From an uncultured Candidatus Peribacteria bacterium (GTDB taxonomy: Bacteria; Patescibacteriota; Gracilibacteria; Peribacterales; Peribacteraceae): a DNA stretch of 41,005 nucleotides. The position numbers and the translations under genes were made by a program. Shown piece by piece: positions 16,074 to 23,788 of the stretch. Position 1 is the stretch's first letter. Each line of letters starts with the position of its first letter. The notes beneath the pieces are model-generated. The model was not told where the DNA came from. It worked only from the letters and a program-made list of their open reading frames with translations, and made no database searches. Location: NCBI GenBank assembly GCA_964478005.1, contig CAYZGJ010000002.1, forward strand, positions 1 to 41,005, read 5' to 3'.

Positions 16074-16430
16074 ATGTCCATCGAAACCTGCATCGCCCAT
16101 GCCATCCACAAGGACCTCGACATCCTCGAGGCCGTTCCCGAGGTGCAGGAACTGCCGGTGGAGCAACTGGAGCACTACGTGGAGCAGTACATCACCACCG
16201 TGCAGGATATCCTCTGCACCATCGTGGAGACCAAGGGCGAGGCCTATCTGCGGTCCAAGGACGCCGCGGGCCTCTGCGCCGCCTGCCTGGACGCAGGGAT
16301 CAGCCTGCCGCCCCGGATGCTCCTGCGCATGTGCCAGACCATCGTACAACTGACCACCCTGGACGCGCAGTTCATCCTGGACACCGACGACGGCGCCAGC
16401 CTGTACTACGTGCGGATGGCGCTGAGTTAA
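16074..16430 (+). CDS. Hypothetical small acidic protein
   Basis: ATG 16074 in ORF 15948..16430 (MSIETCIAHAIHKDLDILEAVPEVQELPVEQLEHYVEQY...). Has its own promoter and a downstream hairpin. No family recognised. Confidence 0.5.
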   Translation: MSIETCIAHAIHKDLDILEAVPEVQELPVEQLEHYVEQYITTVQDILCTIVETKGEAYLRSKDAAGLCAACLDAGISLPPRMLLRMCQTIVQLTTLDAQFILDTDDGASLYYVRMALS

Positions 16431-16431
16431 G

Positions 16432-16464
16432 CATGGAAGGAAACCTTGACGGTTTCCTCCCATG
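16432..16464 (+). terminator. Strong hairpin immediately after the stop of 16074..16430
   Basis: catggaaggaaacc-ttgac-ggtttcctcccatg. 14 bp with one mismatch. No T-run. Confidence 0.45.
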
Positions 16465-16653
16465 AAGCCCACCTTCCCTTCAAGGAGTCTCGCATTCCCG
16501 GGGCCCGCGAGACCCGTGGATTGCTCGACGATTGTTTGATTGCACTGATGCGATTGGGATGATGGGAAAGCTGGGAGATAATGAGTAACACTCGCCAACT
16601 TTCAAATGACCAATACGCATCACAGAATGAGTGCCGGCGGCGCGCTTTCTTTG

Positions 16654-16684
16654 GTCCTTTCTTTGCGCGCTCCAAAGAAAGGAC
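16654..16684. other. 12-bp hairpin with a competing upstream half-site in a non-coding region
   Basis: gtcctttctttg-cgcgctc-caaagaaaggac. A second copy gcgcgctttctttgg (16640-16654) could pair alternatively. GCGCGC palindromes flank it. Confidence 0.4.
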
Positions 16685-16781
16685 AAACCATCCAACAGAA
16701 GGAATCCTCTTAACGCTTGCTGAACTGCGCCCTTCGACCCCCCTCGCTTCGCCCAGGTCGCGCAGGGTCTGCGAGGGAATA

Positions 16782-17180
16782 TTAGCGCTTCGAGAATTGA
16801 GGAGCTCGGCGGGCGCGGTGGAGACCCGGCTTCTTGCGCTCCTTGATGCGGCTGTCGCGGCGGAGGAAGCCGGCCTGCTTGAGCTGGTGGCGGTGGTCGG
16901 GATTGAGCAGCAGCAGCGCGCGGCTGATGCCGTGGCGCATGGCGTCGCTCTGGGCGGACTTGCCGCCGCCCATCACCTGCACCTCCACGTCATACTCCTT
17001 GGGCGATCCCACCAGCGCGAGGGGCGCGACGGCGTTCTCGATCTGCGTGCCGGCGAAGTACTTCTTCATGGGCATGCCGTTGACGGTCGCCTCGCCGGAC
17101 CCGCTCTCGAAGAGGCGGACGCGCGCGATGGCGCTCTTGCGTTTGCCGACACCGTAGAAGTAGGAACGCTTGGAATCCAT
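16782..17180 (-). CDS. rpsI: 30S ribosomal protein S9
   Basis: YGVGKRKSAIARVRL...GGGKSAQSDAMRHGISRAL...RRDSRIKERKKPGLHRARRAPQFSKR. Confidence 0.95.
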   Translation of the reverse strand: MDSKRSYFYGVGKRKSAIARVRLFESGSGEATVNGMPMKKYFAGTQIENAVAPLALVGSPKEYDVEVQVMGGGKSAQSDAMRHGISRALLLLNPDHRHQLKQAGFLRRDSRIKERKKPGLHRARRAPQFSKR

Positions 17181-17183
17181 GGC

Positions 17184-17615
17184 TTAGGAGCGGGAGAGGG
17201 GCAGAGGGGAAGGCTTCTGGGCGGCGTAGGGGTGCTCGCCATCGGCGAAGACGTGCAGGCGCTTGAGCATCTCGCGGCGCAGGCGGTTATCGTCCAGCAT
17301 GCCCTTGACGGCGTTTTCGATGGCGAAGGTCGGCTTCTTCTCCATCATCTGCTCCAGGGTGGCGTGCTTCATGTTGCCGGGGAAGCCGGTGTGACGGTGA
17401 TAGACCTTGCGCATCCCCTTCTTGGGAGGCAGGGCGATCCGGGCGGCGTTGATGACGATGACGTGATCACCGCAGAGTTGGTGGGGAGAGAACGTCGCCT
17501 TGTGCTTGCCGCGCAGGACGGTCGCCGCCTTCACGGCCACCTTGCCCAGCGACTGGCCGGCTGCGTCGATGACGTGCCAGGCGGGAGCCGACGGGGGGAG
17601 GGTGGAGGTCTTCAC
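17184..17615 (-). CDS. rplM: 50S ribosomal protein L13 (GTG start)
   Basis: WHVIDAAGQSLGKVAVKAATVLRGKHKATFSPH..GDHVIVINA...YHRHTGFPG. Confidence 0.95.
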   Translation of the reverse strand: MKTSTLPPSAPAWHVIDAAGQSLGKVAVKAATVLRGKHKATFSPHQLCGDHVIVINAARIALPPKKGMRKVYHRHTGFPGNMKHATLEQMMEKKPTFAIENAVKGMLDDNRLRREMLKRLHVFADGEHPYAAQKPSPLPLSRS

Positions 17616-17659
17616 GGAAGCTGAGGAGGGAAAAGAAGCGAAGGAAGCGAAGGAGTACT

Positions 17660-18136
17660 TCAGGAAGAAGCTTTTTCAGGGGAGGCATTGTCCTTGGCAG
17701 TCGCGGTCTTCTTGGGAGCGGCCTTCGGTGCGGATGCTTTCTTCTCCTTCTTCTCCGGAGCGGCCGGCGTCGCGATCACGGCGTCCACGAGGGAGAAATC
17801 AACCACCTGCGCGCCGTCGCCCTTGCGACTGCCCACCGCCGTGAGCGTGGTGAAGCCGGAGGGGCGGGAGGCGTACCGCTCGCGAAGCACTTCCATCAGC
17901 TTGCGGCTGGCGTTGCGGTCCGTCACGACGCGGTTGATGGAGCGGATCGCGATGTGCGGTTCCTTCGTCTTCGCCGTCGTGATGAGCCGGTCGATTATCG
18001 GCCGGACCACCAGCGCGCGCTTCTTCGTGGTGCGGATGGATTCGTACAGCAGCAGCGACGTCACGATGTTGCGCTCCACGGCCTTGGCATGGTCGGGTTT
18101 GTGGTTGAGCCGGAGGCGGTTGCGCTGGTGACGCAT
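17660..18136 (-). CDS. rplQ: 50S ribosomal protein L17 with Lys/Ala-rich C-terminal tail
   Basis: MRHQRNRLRLNHKPDHAKAVERNIVTSLLLYESIRTTKKRA... Confidence 0.95.
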   Translation of the reverse strand: MRHQRNRLRLNHKPDHAKAVERNIVTSLLLYESIRTTKKRALVVRPIIDRLITTAKTKEPHIAIRSINRVVTDRNASRKLMEVLRERYASRPSGFTTLTAVGSRKGDGAQVVDFSLVDAVIATPAAPEKKEKKASAPKAAPKKTATAKDNASPEKASS

Positions 18137-18175
18137 TGAGGAGAAGAGGAGAGAGACGAGAGGAGGAGAGGAGGA

Positions 18176-18210
18176 TCCACCGTCGTCCGCTGCGGCGGAT
18201 CTACGGTGGA
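18176..18210 (-). promoter_or_regulatory. Nested GC-rich hairpin between rpoA and rplQ (attenuator or processing-site candidate)
   Basis: tccaccgt..tccgc-tgcg-gcgga..acggtgga. 8-bp outer stem plus 5-bp inner stem. Followed on the mRNA by a CU-rich leader. Confidence 0.4.
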
Positions 18211-18246
18211 CAAGGAGGACCGGACGAAAAAGGGGCCGCGAGGATA

Positions 18247-19254
18247 CTATTCTTCGCCCTCTTCCGCAAGCGTGAGGCCACGGGTCGCCAGGGTATCCTT
18301 CACTTCATCAAGGGCCTTGGCGCCGAATCCGCGGAAATTGCTGAGCATCGACTCCGTGCACTTGGTGAGCTGCTCGATGGAGCCGACGCCGGCGTTGATG
18401 AGCGAGTTCAACGTGCGGGGCGAGAGGTTCAGGATTTCGATGGGGGTGTAGCTCTCCTTGGCGGGCTGCGCGCCGCTCGCGCCACCCGTATCGTCGCCCG
18501 TGGGCGCCGGGACCGCGCGGGAGAAATCCGCCATGAACTCCGGCTCCACCGTCTTCTGGTCGGATCCGAAGTACTGGAAGTAGCTCTGCAGGAGCTGGGA
18601 GGCAAACTGCACCGCTTCCTCGGCGGTGAGCGATCCGTTGGTCAGCACCTCCAGCACCAGCTTGTCGAGATCGGTGCGCTGGCCGATACGGGCGGACTCC
18701 ACCTCGTAGCGGACGCGCTCGACGGGACTGAAGACCGCATCGACGTAGATGAGGCCCGGCTCGTGGTGCTTCTTGTTGCGCTCGGACGCGGGCGCGTAGC
18801 CCACGCCCTTCTCCACCGTGATCTGCAGGGAGACCGATCCGCCCTTCTCCACGGTGAACAGCGGCAGATCGGGATTGAGGACCTCGATGTCGGAACTGAC
18901 TTTCAGGTCCGCGGCGGTCACCTGCTTGGGACCCTTCACTTCCAGGGAAACGGTCTCCGTGTCGGAGCTGTGCTTGCGAAGCTTGAGCTGCTTGAGGTTG
19001 AGCATGATGTCGACCACCGACTCCGTGACGCCCTTCACCGTGGTGTACTCGTGCTGGACGCCATCGATGCGCAGCGACGTCACGGCGGCGCCGGGGAGGC
19101 TGGAGAGGAGCACGCGACGGAGCGCGTTGCCCAGGGTCATGCCGAATCCGGGGGGCAGCGGAGCGATGGTGAAGACGACGTGGGCATCGTCACCCTTGGT
19201 GCCCTTGGCGGAGCTGAAGACGGGCAGACCGATTTCTTCCTGAATGATGTGCAT
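18247..19254 (-). CDS. rpoA: DNA-directed RNA polymerase subunit alpha
   Basis: ATG 19254 in ORF 18247..19431. PLPPGFGMTLGNALRRVLLSSLPGAAVTSLRIDGVQHEY. C-terminal domain LNLSPRTLNSLINAGVGSIEQL. Confidence 0.95.
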   Translation of the reverse strand: MHIIQEEIGLPVFSSAKGTKGDDAHVVFTIAPLPPGFGMTLGNALRRVLLSSLPGAAVTSLRIDGVQHEYTTVKGVTESVVDIMLNLKQLKLRKHSSDTETVSLEVKGPKQVTAADLKVSSDIEVLNPDLPLFTVEKGGSVSLQITVEKGVGYAPASERNKKHHEPGLIYVDAVFSPVERVRYEVESARIGQRTDLDKLVLEVLTNGSLTAEEAVQFASQLLQSYFQYFGSDQKTVEPEFMADFSRAVPAPTGDDTGGASGAQPAKESYTPIEILNLSPRTLNSLINAGVGSIEQLTKCTESMLSNFRGFGAKALDEVKDTLATRGLTLAEEGEE

Positions 19255-19313
19255 AGGGGAAGGGTGGGAGGGGACGGAAAACGGGCGCCGGTGCGCCCGG
19301 AGGAAAAGAACGA

Positions 19314-19931
19314 TTAGTTGCGGGAGTAGAACTCGACGATCTGGCGCATATCCACGGCCTGCTCGGCATCGGCGGCATCCGGCAGAGCCGTGATCTCGAC
19401 CTTCAGGGCGCCGGCATCGACGCTGAGCCACTTGGGCGCGCGGTACTTGGCATTGCGCTCGCGGATGGCGGCGAACACGGGAGAATCCTTGGCGCGGGGG
19501 CGCACGGAGAGCACCTGACCGGGCTTGAGCCGGTAGGAAGGGGACGTCACCCTGCGGCCGTCGACGAGGAAGAGGCCGTGTCCGGCGAACTGCCGCGACT
19601 GCAGGCGCGTGACGGCGAAGCCTGCGCGGTAGATGGCGTTATCCAGCCGCTGCTCCAGCAGGCGCTTCATGGTGTCGCCCGTCTGGCCCTTGGCTTTGAT
19701 AGCCTCGTCGTAGAGGCGGCGGAATTGCTTCTCGGACAGACCGTACATGTCGCGTGCCTTCTGCTTCTCCTTGAGCTGCTTGGCATACTCGGAGTCGCGG
19801 CCCGCGCGCGTCTTGGGCCCCTTGCCGGGACCGTACGGCTTGCGCTGCAAAATCTTGTCGTACTTGTCCGCGCCGTAGAGGTTGACGCCGTGACGGCGGA
19901 CGCGCCGTGCTTTGGGACCGGTGTACTTCAT
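19314..19931 (-). CDS. rpsD: 30S ribosomal protein S4
   Basis: MKYTGPKARRVRRHGVNL...LEQRLDNAIYRAGFAVTRLQSRQFAGHGLFLVDGRRV. Confidence 0.95.
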   Translation of the reverse strand: MKYTGPKARRVRRHGVNLYGADKYDKILQRKPYGPGKGPKTRAGRDSEYAKQLKEKQKARDMYGLSEKQFRRLYDEAIKAKGQTGDTMKRLLEQRLDNAIYRAGFAVTRLQSRQFAGHGLFLVDGRRVTSPSYRLKPGQVLSVRPRAKDSPVFAAIRERNAKYRAPKWLSVDAGALKVEITALPDAADAEQAVDMRQIVEFYSRN

Positions 19932-19934
19932 CGA

Positions 19935-19962
19935 GGGAGTAGGGAGGAGGGAGTAGGTGGTG
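19935..19962. repeat. Heptamer array GGGAGTA/GGGAGGA (4 units) immediately upstream of the rpsD start
   Basis: gggagta|gggagga|gggagta|ggtggtg. On the mRNA strand this is a C/U-rich tract. Confidence 0.7.
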
Positions 19963-20026
19963 GGACGAGGGAAGGGGTCTGGTTCCTCGTTACTGGGTAT
20001 CTCGTTCTTTCGTTGCTTCGTACGTC

Positions 20027-20054
20027 GTGCTTGGTCATTGGTGCTTGGTCATTA
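20027..20054. repeat. 14-nt (2x7) direct repeat GTGCTTGGTCATTG x2, containing TTGGTCA
   Basis: gtgcttggtcattg|gtgcttggtcatta. The second copy overlaps the rpsK stop. Confidence 0.75.
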
Positions 20055-20447
20055 CACTCTGCGTCGCCTCGGCGGGCGGCAGCCGCCGTGGGGGATGGGC
20101 GTCACGTCGATGATCGCGTCGAGGTTGAGGCCGGCTCCCTGCAGTCCGCGGATGGCCTGCTCGCGGCCGGGGCCGATGCCCTTCACCTCCACATGCACGG
20201 ACTCTATGCCGAAGGACGCCGCCTTCTGCACCGCGTTCTCCGCGGCCACTTTGGCCGAGTAGGGCGTGGACTTGCGGGAGCCCGCGAAGCCCGAGGAGCC
20301 GGAGCTGGCCCACGCGAGCACGTTGCCCTCCGGATCCGTGAGCGTCACGATCGTGTTGTTCTCGCCGGCGTGGATGCAGGCGCGGGCCTGCTTCACGGTG
20401 CGCTTGATCTTCTTCTTGCGGACTTTGGTGGCGGCTTTGGTGGCCAT
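20052..20447 (-). CDS. rpsK: 30S ribosomal protein S11
   Basis: [41 protein letters not shown]...[22 protein letters not shown]. Confidence 0.95.
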   Translation of the reverse strand: MATKAATKVRKKKIKRTVKQARACIHAGENNTIVTLTDPEGNVLAWASSGSSGFAGSRKSTPYSAKVAAENAVQKAASFGIESVHVEVKGIGPGREQAIRGLQGAGLNLDAIIDVTPIPHGGCRPPRRRRV

Positions 20448-20478
20448 GGAGAGGAGGAGAGGAGGAGAGGAGGAGAGG
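20448..20478. repeat. 8-nt tandem array GGAGAGGA x~4 abutting the rpsK ATG
   Basis: ggagagga|ggagagga|ggagagga|ggagagg. Reads CCUCUCCU on the mRNA strand. Confidence 0.8.
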
Positions 20479-20504
20479 TACGAGAAGAGGAGAAGAGGGA
20501 ACGA

Positions 20505-20885
20505 TCAGGTCTTGGTCAGGGTCGTGCGGCCGGAGAGTCCGGTCTTCTTCTTGCCGCGCTTCGTGCGGGCATTGCGGCGGGAGGTCTGGCCGCGGACCGG
20601 CAACTTGCGCCGGTGACGCATGCCGCGCCACGTGCCGATGTCCTGCAGGCGCTTCACGTCCAGCATCGTCTTGCGGCCGAGTTCGCCCTCCGTCAGCTCC
20701 TGCTCCACGCGGGCACGCAGACGGGCCTCCTGCTCCTCGGTCAGCTTGTCGGCGGGCAGGGCGGGATCGATCTTGAGCTCCTCCACGATGCGGGCGGCCA
20801 GCGGGCGGCCGATCCCCTTGATCGCGGTCAGCGCGATGACGGTGTGCTTGGAGCCGGGAAGGTTGATACCGGAGATACGGACCAT
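20505..20885 (-). CDS. rpsM: 30S ribosomal protein S13
   Basis: MVRISGINLPGSKHTVIALTAIKGIGRPLA...LQDIGTWRGMRHRRKLPVRGQ. Confidence 0.95.
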   Translation of the reverse strand: MVRISGINLPGSKHTVIALTAIKGIGRPLAARIVEELKIDPALPADKLTEEQEARLRARVEQELTEGELGRKTMLDVKRLQDIGTWRGMRHRRKLPVRGQTSRRNARTKRGKKKTGLSGRTTLTKT

Positions 20886-20903
20886 AGACGAGGTTGGAGG
20901 GAG

Positions 20904-20924
20904 TAGGTTGTAGGTTGTAGGTTG
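20904..20924. repeat. Heptamer array TAGGTTG x3 (5' arm of a long stem)
   Basis: taggttg|taggttg|taggttg. Positions 20904-20920 are the perfect reverse complement of 21003-21019. Confidence 0.85.
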
Positions 20925-20926
20925 GA

Positions 20927-20970
20927 GGGAGTGGGGAGTGGGGAGTGGGGAGTGGGGAGTGGGGAGTGGG
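20927..20970 (+). repeat. Heptamer array GTGGGGA x~6 (G-quadruplex-capable on the + strand, UCCCCAC on the mRNA)
   Basis: ggga gtgggga gtgggga gtgggga gtgggga gtgggga gtggg. Six or more G4 runs with 3-nt loops. Confidence 0.9.
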
Positions 20971-21002
20971 CTGTAGGGAGGAGCGCGAGGGCGGAAGCAG
21001 TT

Positions 21003-21020
21003 CTACAACCTACAACCTAT
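21003..21020. repeat. Heptamer array CTACAAC x2.5 (3' arm of the long stem)
   Basis: ctacaac|ctacaac|ctat. Pairs with 20904-20920. Confidence 0.85.
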
Positions 21021-21035
21021 CCCCTACCCCCTCTC

Positions 21036-21164
21036 CTATCCTTGTCGCTGCTTGTGCTTGGGATTCTGGCACACGACGCGCACGCGGCGCACGCCGCGCC
21101 CGTCCCGCCGCAGGATGATGCGGCAGTTCTTGCAGATGGGCTTGACGGAGGCGCGGACTTTCAT
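21036..21164 (-). CDS. rpmJ: 50S ribosomal protein L36
   Basis: Too short for the ORF track. My translation gives [46 protein letters not shown] overlap with the infA stop. Confidence 0.92.
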   Translation of the reverse strand: MKVRASVKPICKNCRIILRRDGRGVRRVRVVCQNPKHKQRQG

Positions 21165-21460
21165 GAGCGGGAGGAGGAATCGGAAGGGGCGGACGGGTAG
21201 ACGGGGTTCCCCTCATCGTCGAATTTCTGATCGGAGCGGAACCGGTAGGTGATGCGTCCTTTCTGCAAATCGTACGGCGTCATTTCGATACGGACCCTGT
21301 CCCCGGGCAGGATGCGTACGCGGTGCACGCGCATCCGGCCGGCAAGGTGGCAGAGCAGTACATGATCCTTGGCTTGCGGACTGATGATCTTGACCTGGAA
21401 CGTCGCATTCGGGAAGGTCTCTTCCACGATGCCGATGAGCTCGATGACGTCCTTCGGCAC
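21161..21460 (-). CDS. infA: Translation initiation factor IF-1 (GTG start) with ~25-aa C-terminal extension
   Basis: [20 protein letters not shown]...[37 protein letters not shown]. Confidence 0.93.
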   Translation of the reverse strand: MPKDVIELIGIVEETFPNATFQVKIISPQAKDHVLLCHLAGRMRVHRVRILPGDRVRIEMTPYDLQKGRITYRFRSDQKFDDEGNPVYPSAPSDSSSRS

Positions 21461-21529
21461 AGTCGCAAAAAAAGGGAAATGGACCGCAAAAGCCGCCGCA
21501 TCCTACCGAGCGATCGTATCGACAGCAAG

Positions 21530-21559
21530 CCCATTCTTCGGAAATCCCGCAAGAATGGG
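21530..21559. other. 9-bp hairpin in the AT-rich map-infA spacer
   Basis: cccattctt-(12 nt)-aagaatggg. A possible weak minus-strand promoter TTGCTG-17-TAGGAT lies at 21528-21500. Confidence 0.35.
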
Positions 21560-21599
21560 AAAAATCCATTGCATAATTATAAAAATGTTGTGAAAGTCC

Positions 21600-22346
21600 C
21601 TAGGCGATCACCGCGCACCCCCCTTCCGTCACCAGGAGCGTGTGCTCCGCGTGGGCGCAGAGCGATCCATTCTTCGTGACCAGGGTCCAGCCGTCCGCCA
21701 GCATGCGCACATCGTCGTCGGCGATCGACACGATGGGCTCCACCGCGATGACCGTTCCCGCCGGGAGCACCGGTCCCGTCCCCCGCTTGCCGACGTTGGG
21801 AATGTCCGGCGGGTGGTGGACGCTGGCGCCCAGGCCGTGGCCGGTGAGCGGCTTGACGACCGTGCACGCGCCCCGGCGCACCACCTCTCCGATGGCGTGG
21901 GAGAGATCGCCCACGCGGATGCCCGCCCGCAGCACCTCCACCGCCCGGTCGAGCGCCTGCTGCGTGACCTCCAGCAGGTGCGCCGCCTCCGGGCTGATCC
22001 GGCCCACCGGCACCGTGATGCAGGCGTCGGTCACGAGTCCTTCGAAGCGGACCCCGCAGTCCAGGGAGACGATATCGCCCTCCGCCAATTTCCGCGCTCC
22101 CGGCAATCCGTGTACGCACTCCTCATTGACCGACGTGCAGAGAGTCGCCGGAAAGCCGCCGTACCCCTGGAACGCCGGCTCGCCGCCCCGCTCGCGGATG
22201 AACGACTCGGCCAACGCATCGAGCGCCCCCGTGGTCACGCCGACCGCCACCGCGCTCCGCAGCATCTCCAGGCATGCGCGCAAGATCTTCCCGCCCTTCC
22301 GGAAGGATTCGATCTGAGCCGGGGAGAAGGTTTGGATGGAAGACAC
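21600..22346 (-). CDS. map: Methionine aminopeptidase type I
   Basis: FQGYGGFPATLCTSVNEECVHG...GDIVSLDCG...DACITVPVG...TGHGLG..HHPPDIPN...IAVEPI...AHAEHT. I prefer the GTG start at 22346. The track start at 22382 is a TTG inside the repeat array. Confidence 0.9.
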   Translation of the reverse strand: MSSIQTFSPAQIESFRKGGKILRACLEMLRSAVAVGVTTGALDALAESFIRERGGEPAFQGYGGFPATLCTSVNEECVHGLPGARKLAEGDIVSLDCGVRFEGLVTDACITVPVGRISPEAAHLLEVTQQALDRAVEVLRAGIRVGDLSHAIGEVVRRGACTVVKPLTGHGLGASVHHPPDIPNVGKRGTGPVLPAGTVIAVEPIVSIADDDVRMLADGWTLVTKNGSLCAHAEHTLLVTEGGCAVIA

Positions 22347-22352
22347 GAAAGC

Positions 22353-22442
22353 AATGGATAATGGACAATTGATAATGGACAATGATCTTCTTCATTCTCT
22401 TTCTACAAGTCATTATCCATTATTCATTATCAATTATCCATT
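22353..22442. repeat. Inverted pair of heptamer arrays (AATGGAT / ATTATCC family) forming the adk-map intercistronic hairpin
   Basis: Left arm 22353-22385 aatggataatggacaattgataatggacaatga. Right arm 22410-22442 tcattatccattattcattatcaattatccatt. About 28 of 33 positions are complementary. Confidence 0.85.
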
Positions 22443-22444
22443 CG

Positions 22445-23008
22445 TTAACCAATCGCCAGCAAAATCCTCTCAAACACCTCCTCCATGCTCCCCTCGCCGT
22501 CGACCTCCACCACCCTGTCCTCGGCTTCGAACGCGCGGATGACCGGCTCCGTCTTCTCGTGGAAGAGCGCCATGCGGCGGCGGATGGTCTCCTCGCTGGC
22601 GTCATCGGCCCTCCCCTGCTCCTTGGCCCGCCCCAGGATGCGCTGCACCGCCTCCTCTTCGTTGACCGTGATGTGCACGCACAGGTAGTCGCGCTTCAGC
22701 GCGTCCATCATGGCGACGAACGCCTCGCGCTGGTCCATGTCGCGGGGGATGCCGTCGAAGAGAATCTGCTTGCCGTCTCCGTTGAGTTCCTCCACGAAGC
22801 TCCGGACGACCTCCATGATGATCTCGAAGGGAACGAGATTGCCCTGATCGATGAAGCCCTTCACCTGCTCGCCCAGCGGCGTCCCGGACGCGGCGATCCG
22901 CCGCAGCTCCCCGCCCGCCTCGAAGATGACGTACCCCTTCTCCTCAGCAAGCCGCCGGGCCTGCGTGCCCTTCCCCGATCCTTGAATGCCAAATAAGACA
23001 AGATCCAT
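22445..23008 (-). CDS. adk: Adenylate kinase (short form, no zinc lid)
   Basis: MDLVLFGIQGSGKGTQARRLAEEKGYVIFEAGGELR...LFDGIPRDMDQ.... Confidence 0.92.
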   Translation of the reverse strand: MDLVLFGIQGSGKGTQARRLAEEKGYVIFEAGGELRRIAASGTPLGEQVKGFIDQGNLVPFEIIMEVVRSFVEELNGDGKQILFDGIPRDMDQREAFVAMMDALKRDYLCVHITVNEEEAVQRILGRAKEQGRADDASEETIRRRMALFHEKTEPVIRAFEAEDRVVEVDGEGSMEEVFERILLAIG

Positions 23009-23109
23009 AGCCCGCAGAGCATAGCGGAGGCCGTGGGAAGTGCAAACGGCGATCGAACGCCCTCACGGTACTCCATCTATGCACCGGCAATTTCAATCAC
23101 GGCGGCTCC

Positions 23110-23391
23110 CTAACCCGCTTGTTTTTGTTGCCATGGAGGCCTATCCATCAGTGTATGCTCCCCATCTGCACTTACGATAAAAATGGTGCAACACATCCCG
23201 ATACCATCCGCATCGTGCGTAGAAACATCCGCCTTCTGATTTTTCCCCCTCAATATTCCACGTATTCGTTCCGCCAAATTCCGAAGCATTGCTGACATCT
23301 TCGCAGCAACCATCTGCTCTCCTTCCGATAGCAAATCAAATTCCAAAGTAATTGCGGATAGATCCGGCCCTTTTTTCAGCCAGCTTGTCAT
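23110..23391 (-). CDS. Hypothetical small protein (second gene of a low-GC cassette)
   Basis: ORF track 93 aa. ATGA overlap with the upstream orphan. No family recognised. Local GC about 45-50% by hand count, against about 63% in the flanks. Confidence 0.5.
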   Translation of the reverse strand: MTSWLKKGPDLSAITLEFDLLSEGEQMVAAKMSAMLRNLAERIRGILRGKNQKADVSTHDADGIGMCCTIFIVSADGEHTLMDRPPWQQKQAG

Positions 23392-23750
23392 GTTCCAGAA
23401 CCAGAATCTGCCGATTCAACCATCTCACCCGGCGTCACTTCCCCCTTGCCATTTTCAGGAATGCGCCCGCCTAACAGATCCATTCGCACAGGGCAGCCGC
23501 CATGTTGCTGATGATGCACTTTCCCCTGAAACCCACTCGGCCTCGCCACGGTAGCAGGCTGACCGTTACGCCCGACCAGATCGACAATCCCTTTCCAAAA
23601 ACGAACTGCCCAATAGCGTGTTCCGTTCGTACCGTTTGCTTGTTGCTCCGGATCATGTGTGAACAGCTCCACGAGACACCCCCCCTCGCTGCGCAAACCG
23701 CAGGGGCCGCAATAGTCGTCTCCACCCTTGGTAATCTGCAATTCACTCAT
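23388..23750 (-). CDS. Hypothetical small Cys-containing protein (first gene of a low-GC cassette)
   Basis: ATG 23750 in ORF 23388..23789 (MSELQITKGGDDYCGPCGLRSEGGCLVELFTHD...). No family recognised. Confidence 0.5.
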   Translation of the reverse strand: MSELQITKGGDDYCGPCGLRSEGGCLVELFTHDPEQQANGTNGTRYWAVRFWKGIVDLVGRNGQPATVARPSGFQGKVHHQQHGGCPVRMDLLGGRIPENGKGEVTPGEMVESADSGSGT

Positions 23751-23788
23751 AGTGCTCAAAAGAAAATCCGTGCAATGCACCCTCTGCA

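Noticed and set aside
16427-16695. ORFs 16427..16675(-) and 16480..16695(-) as genes in the rpsI-downstream gap.
   Set aside because: They have no recognisable motifs, an implausible composition, overlapping alternative frames and no start context like other genes. The region is treated as non-coding.
20448-20478. GGAGAGGAGG-type tracts as Shine-Dalgarno sequences. Similar tracts occur at 18137-18175, 19935-19962 and 28299-28345.
   Set aside because: They are purine-rich only on the + strand, while the adjacent genes are on the - strand. The mRNA therefore carries the complementary CCUCUCC sequence and cannot pair with an anti-SD.
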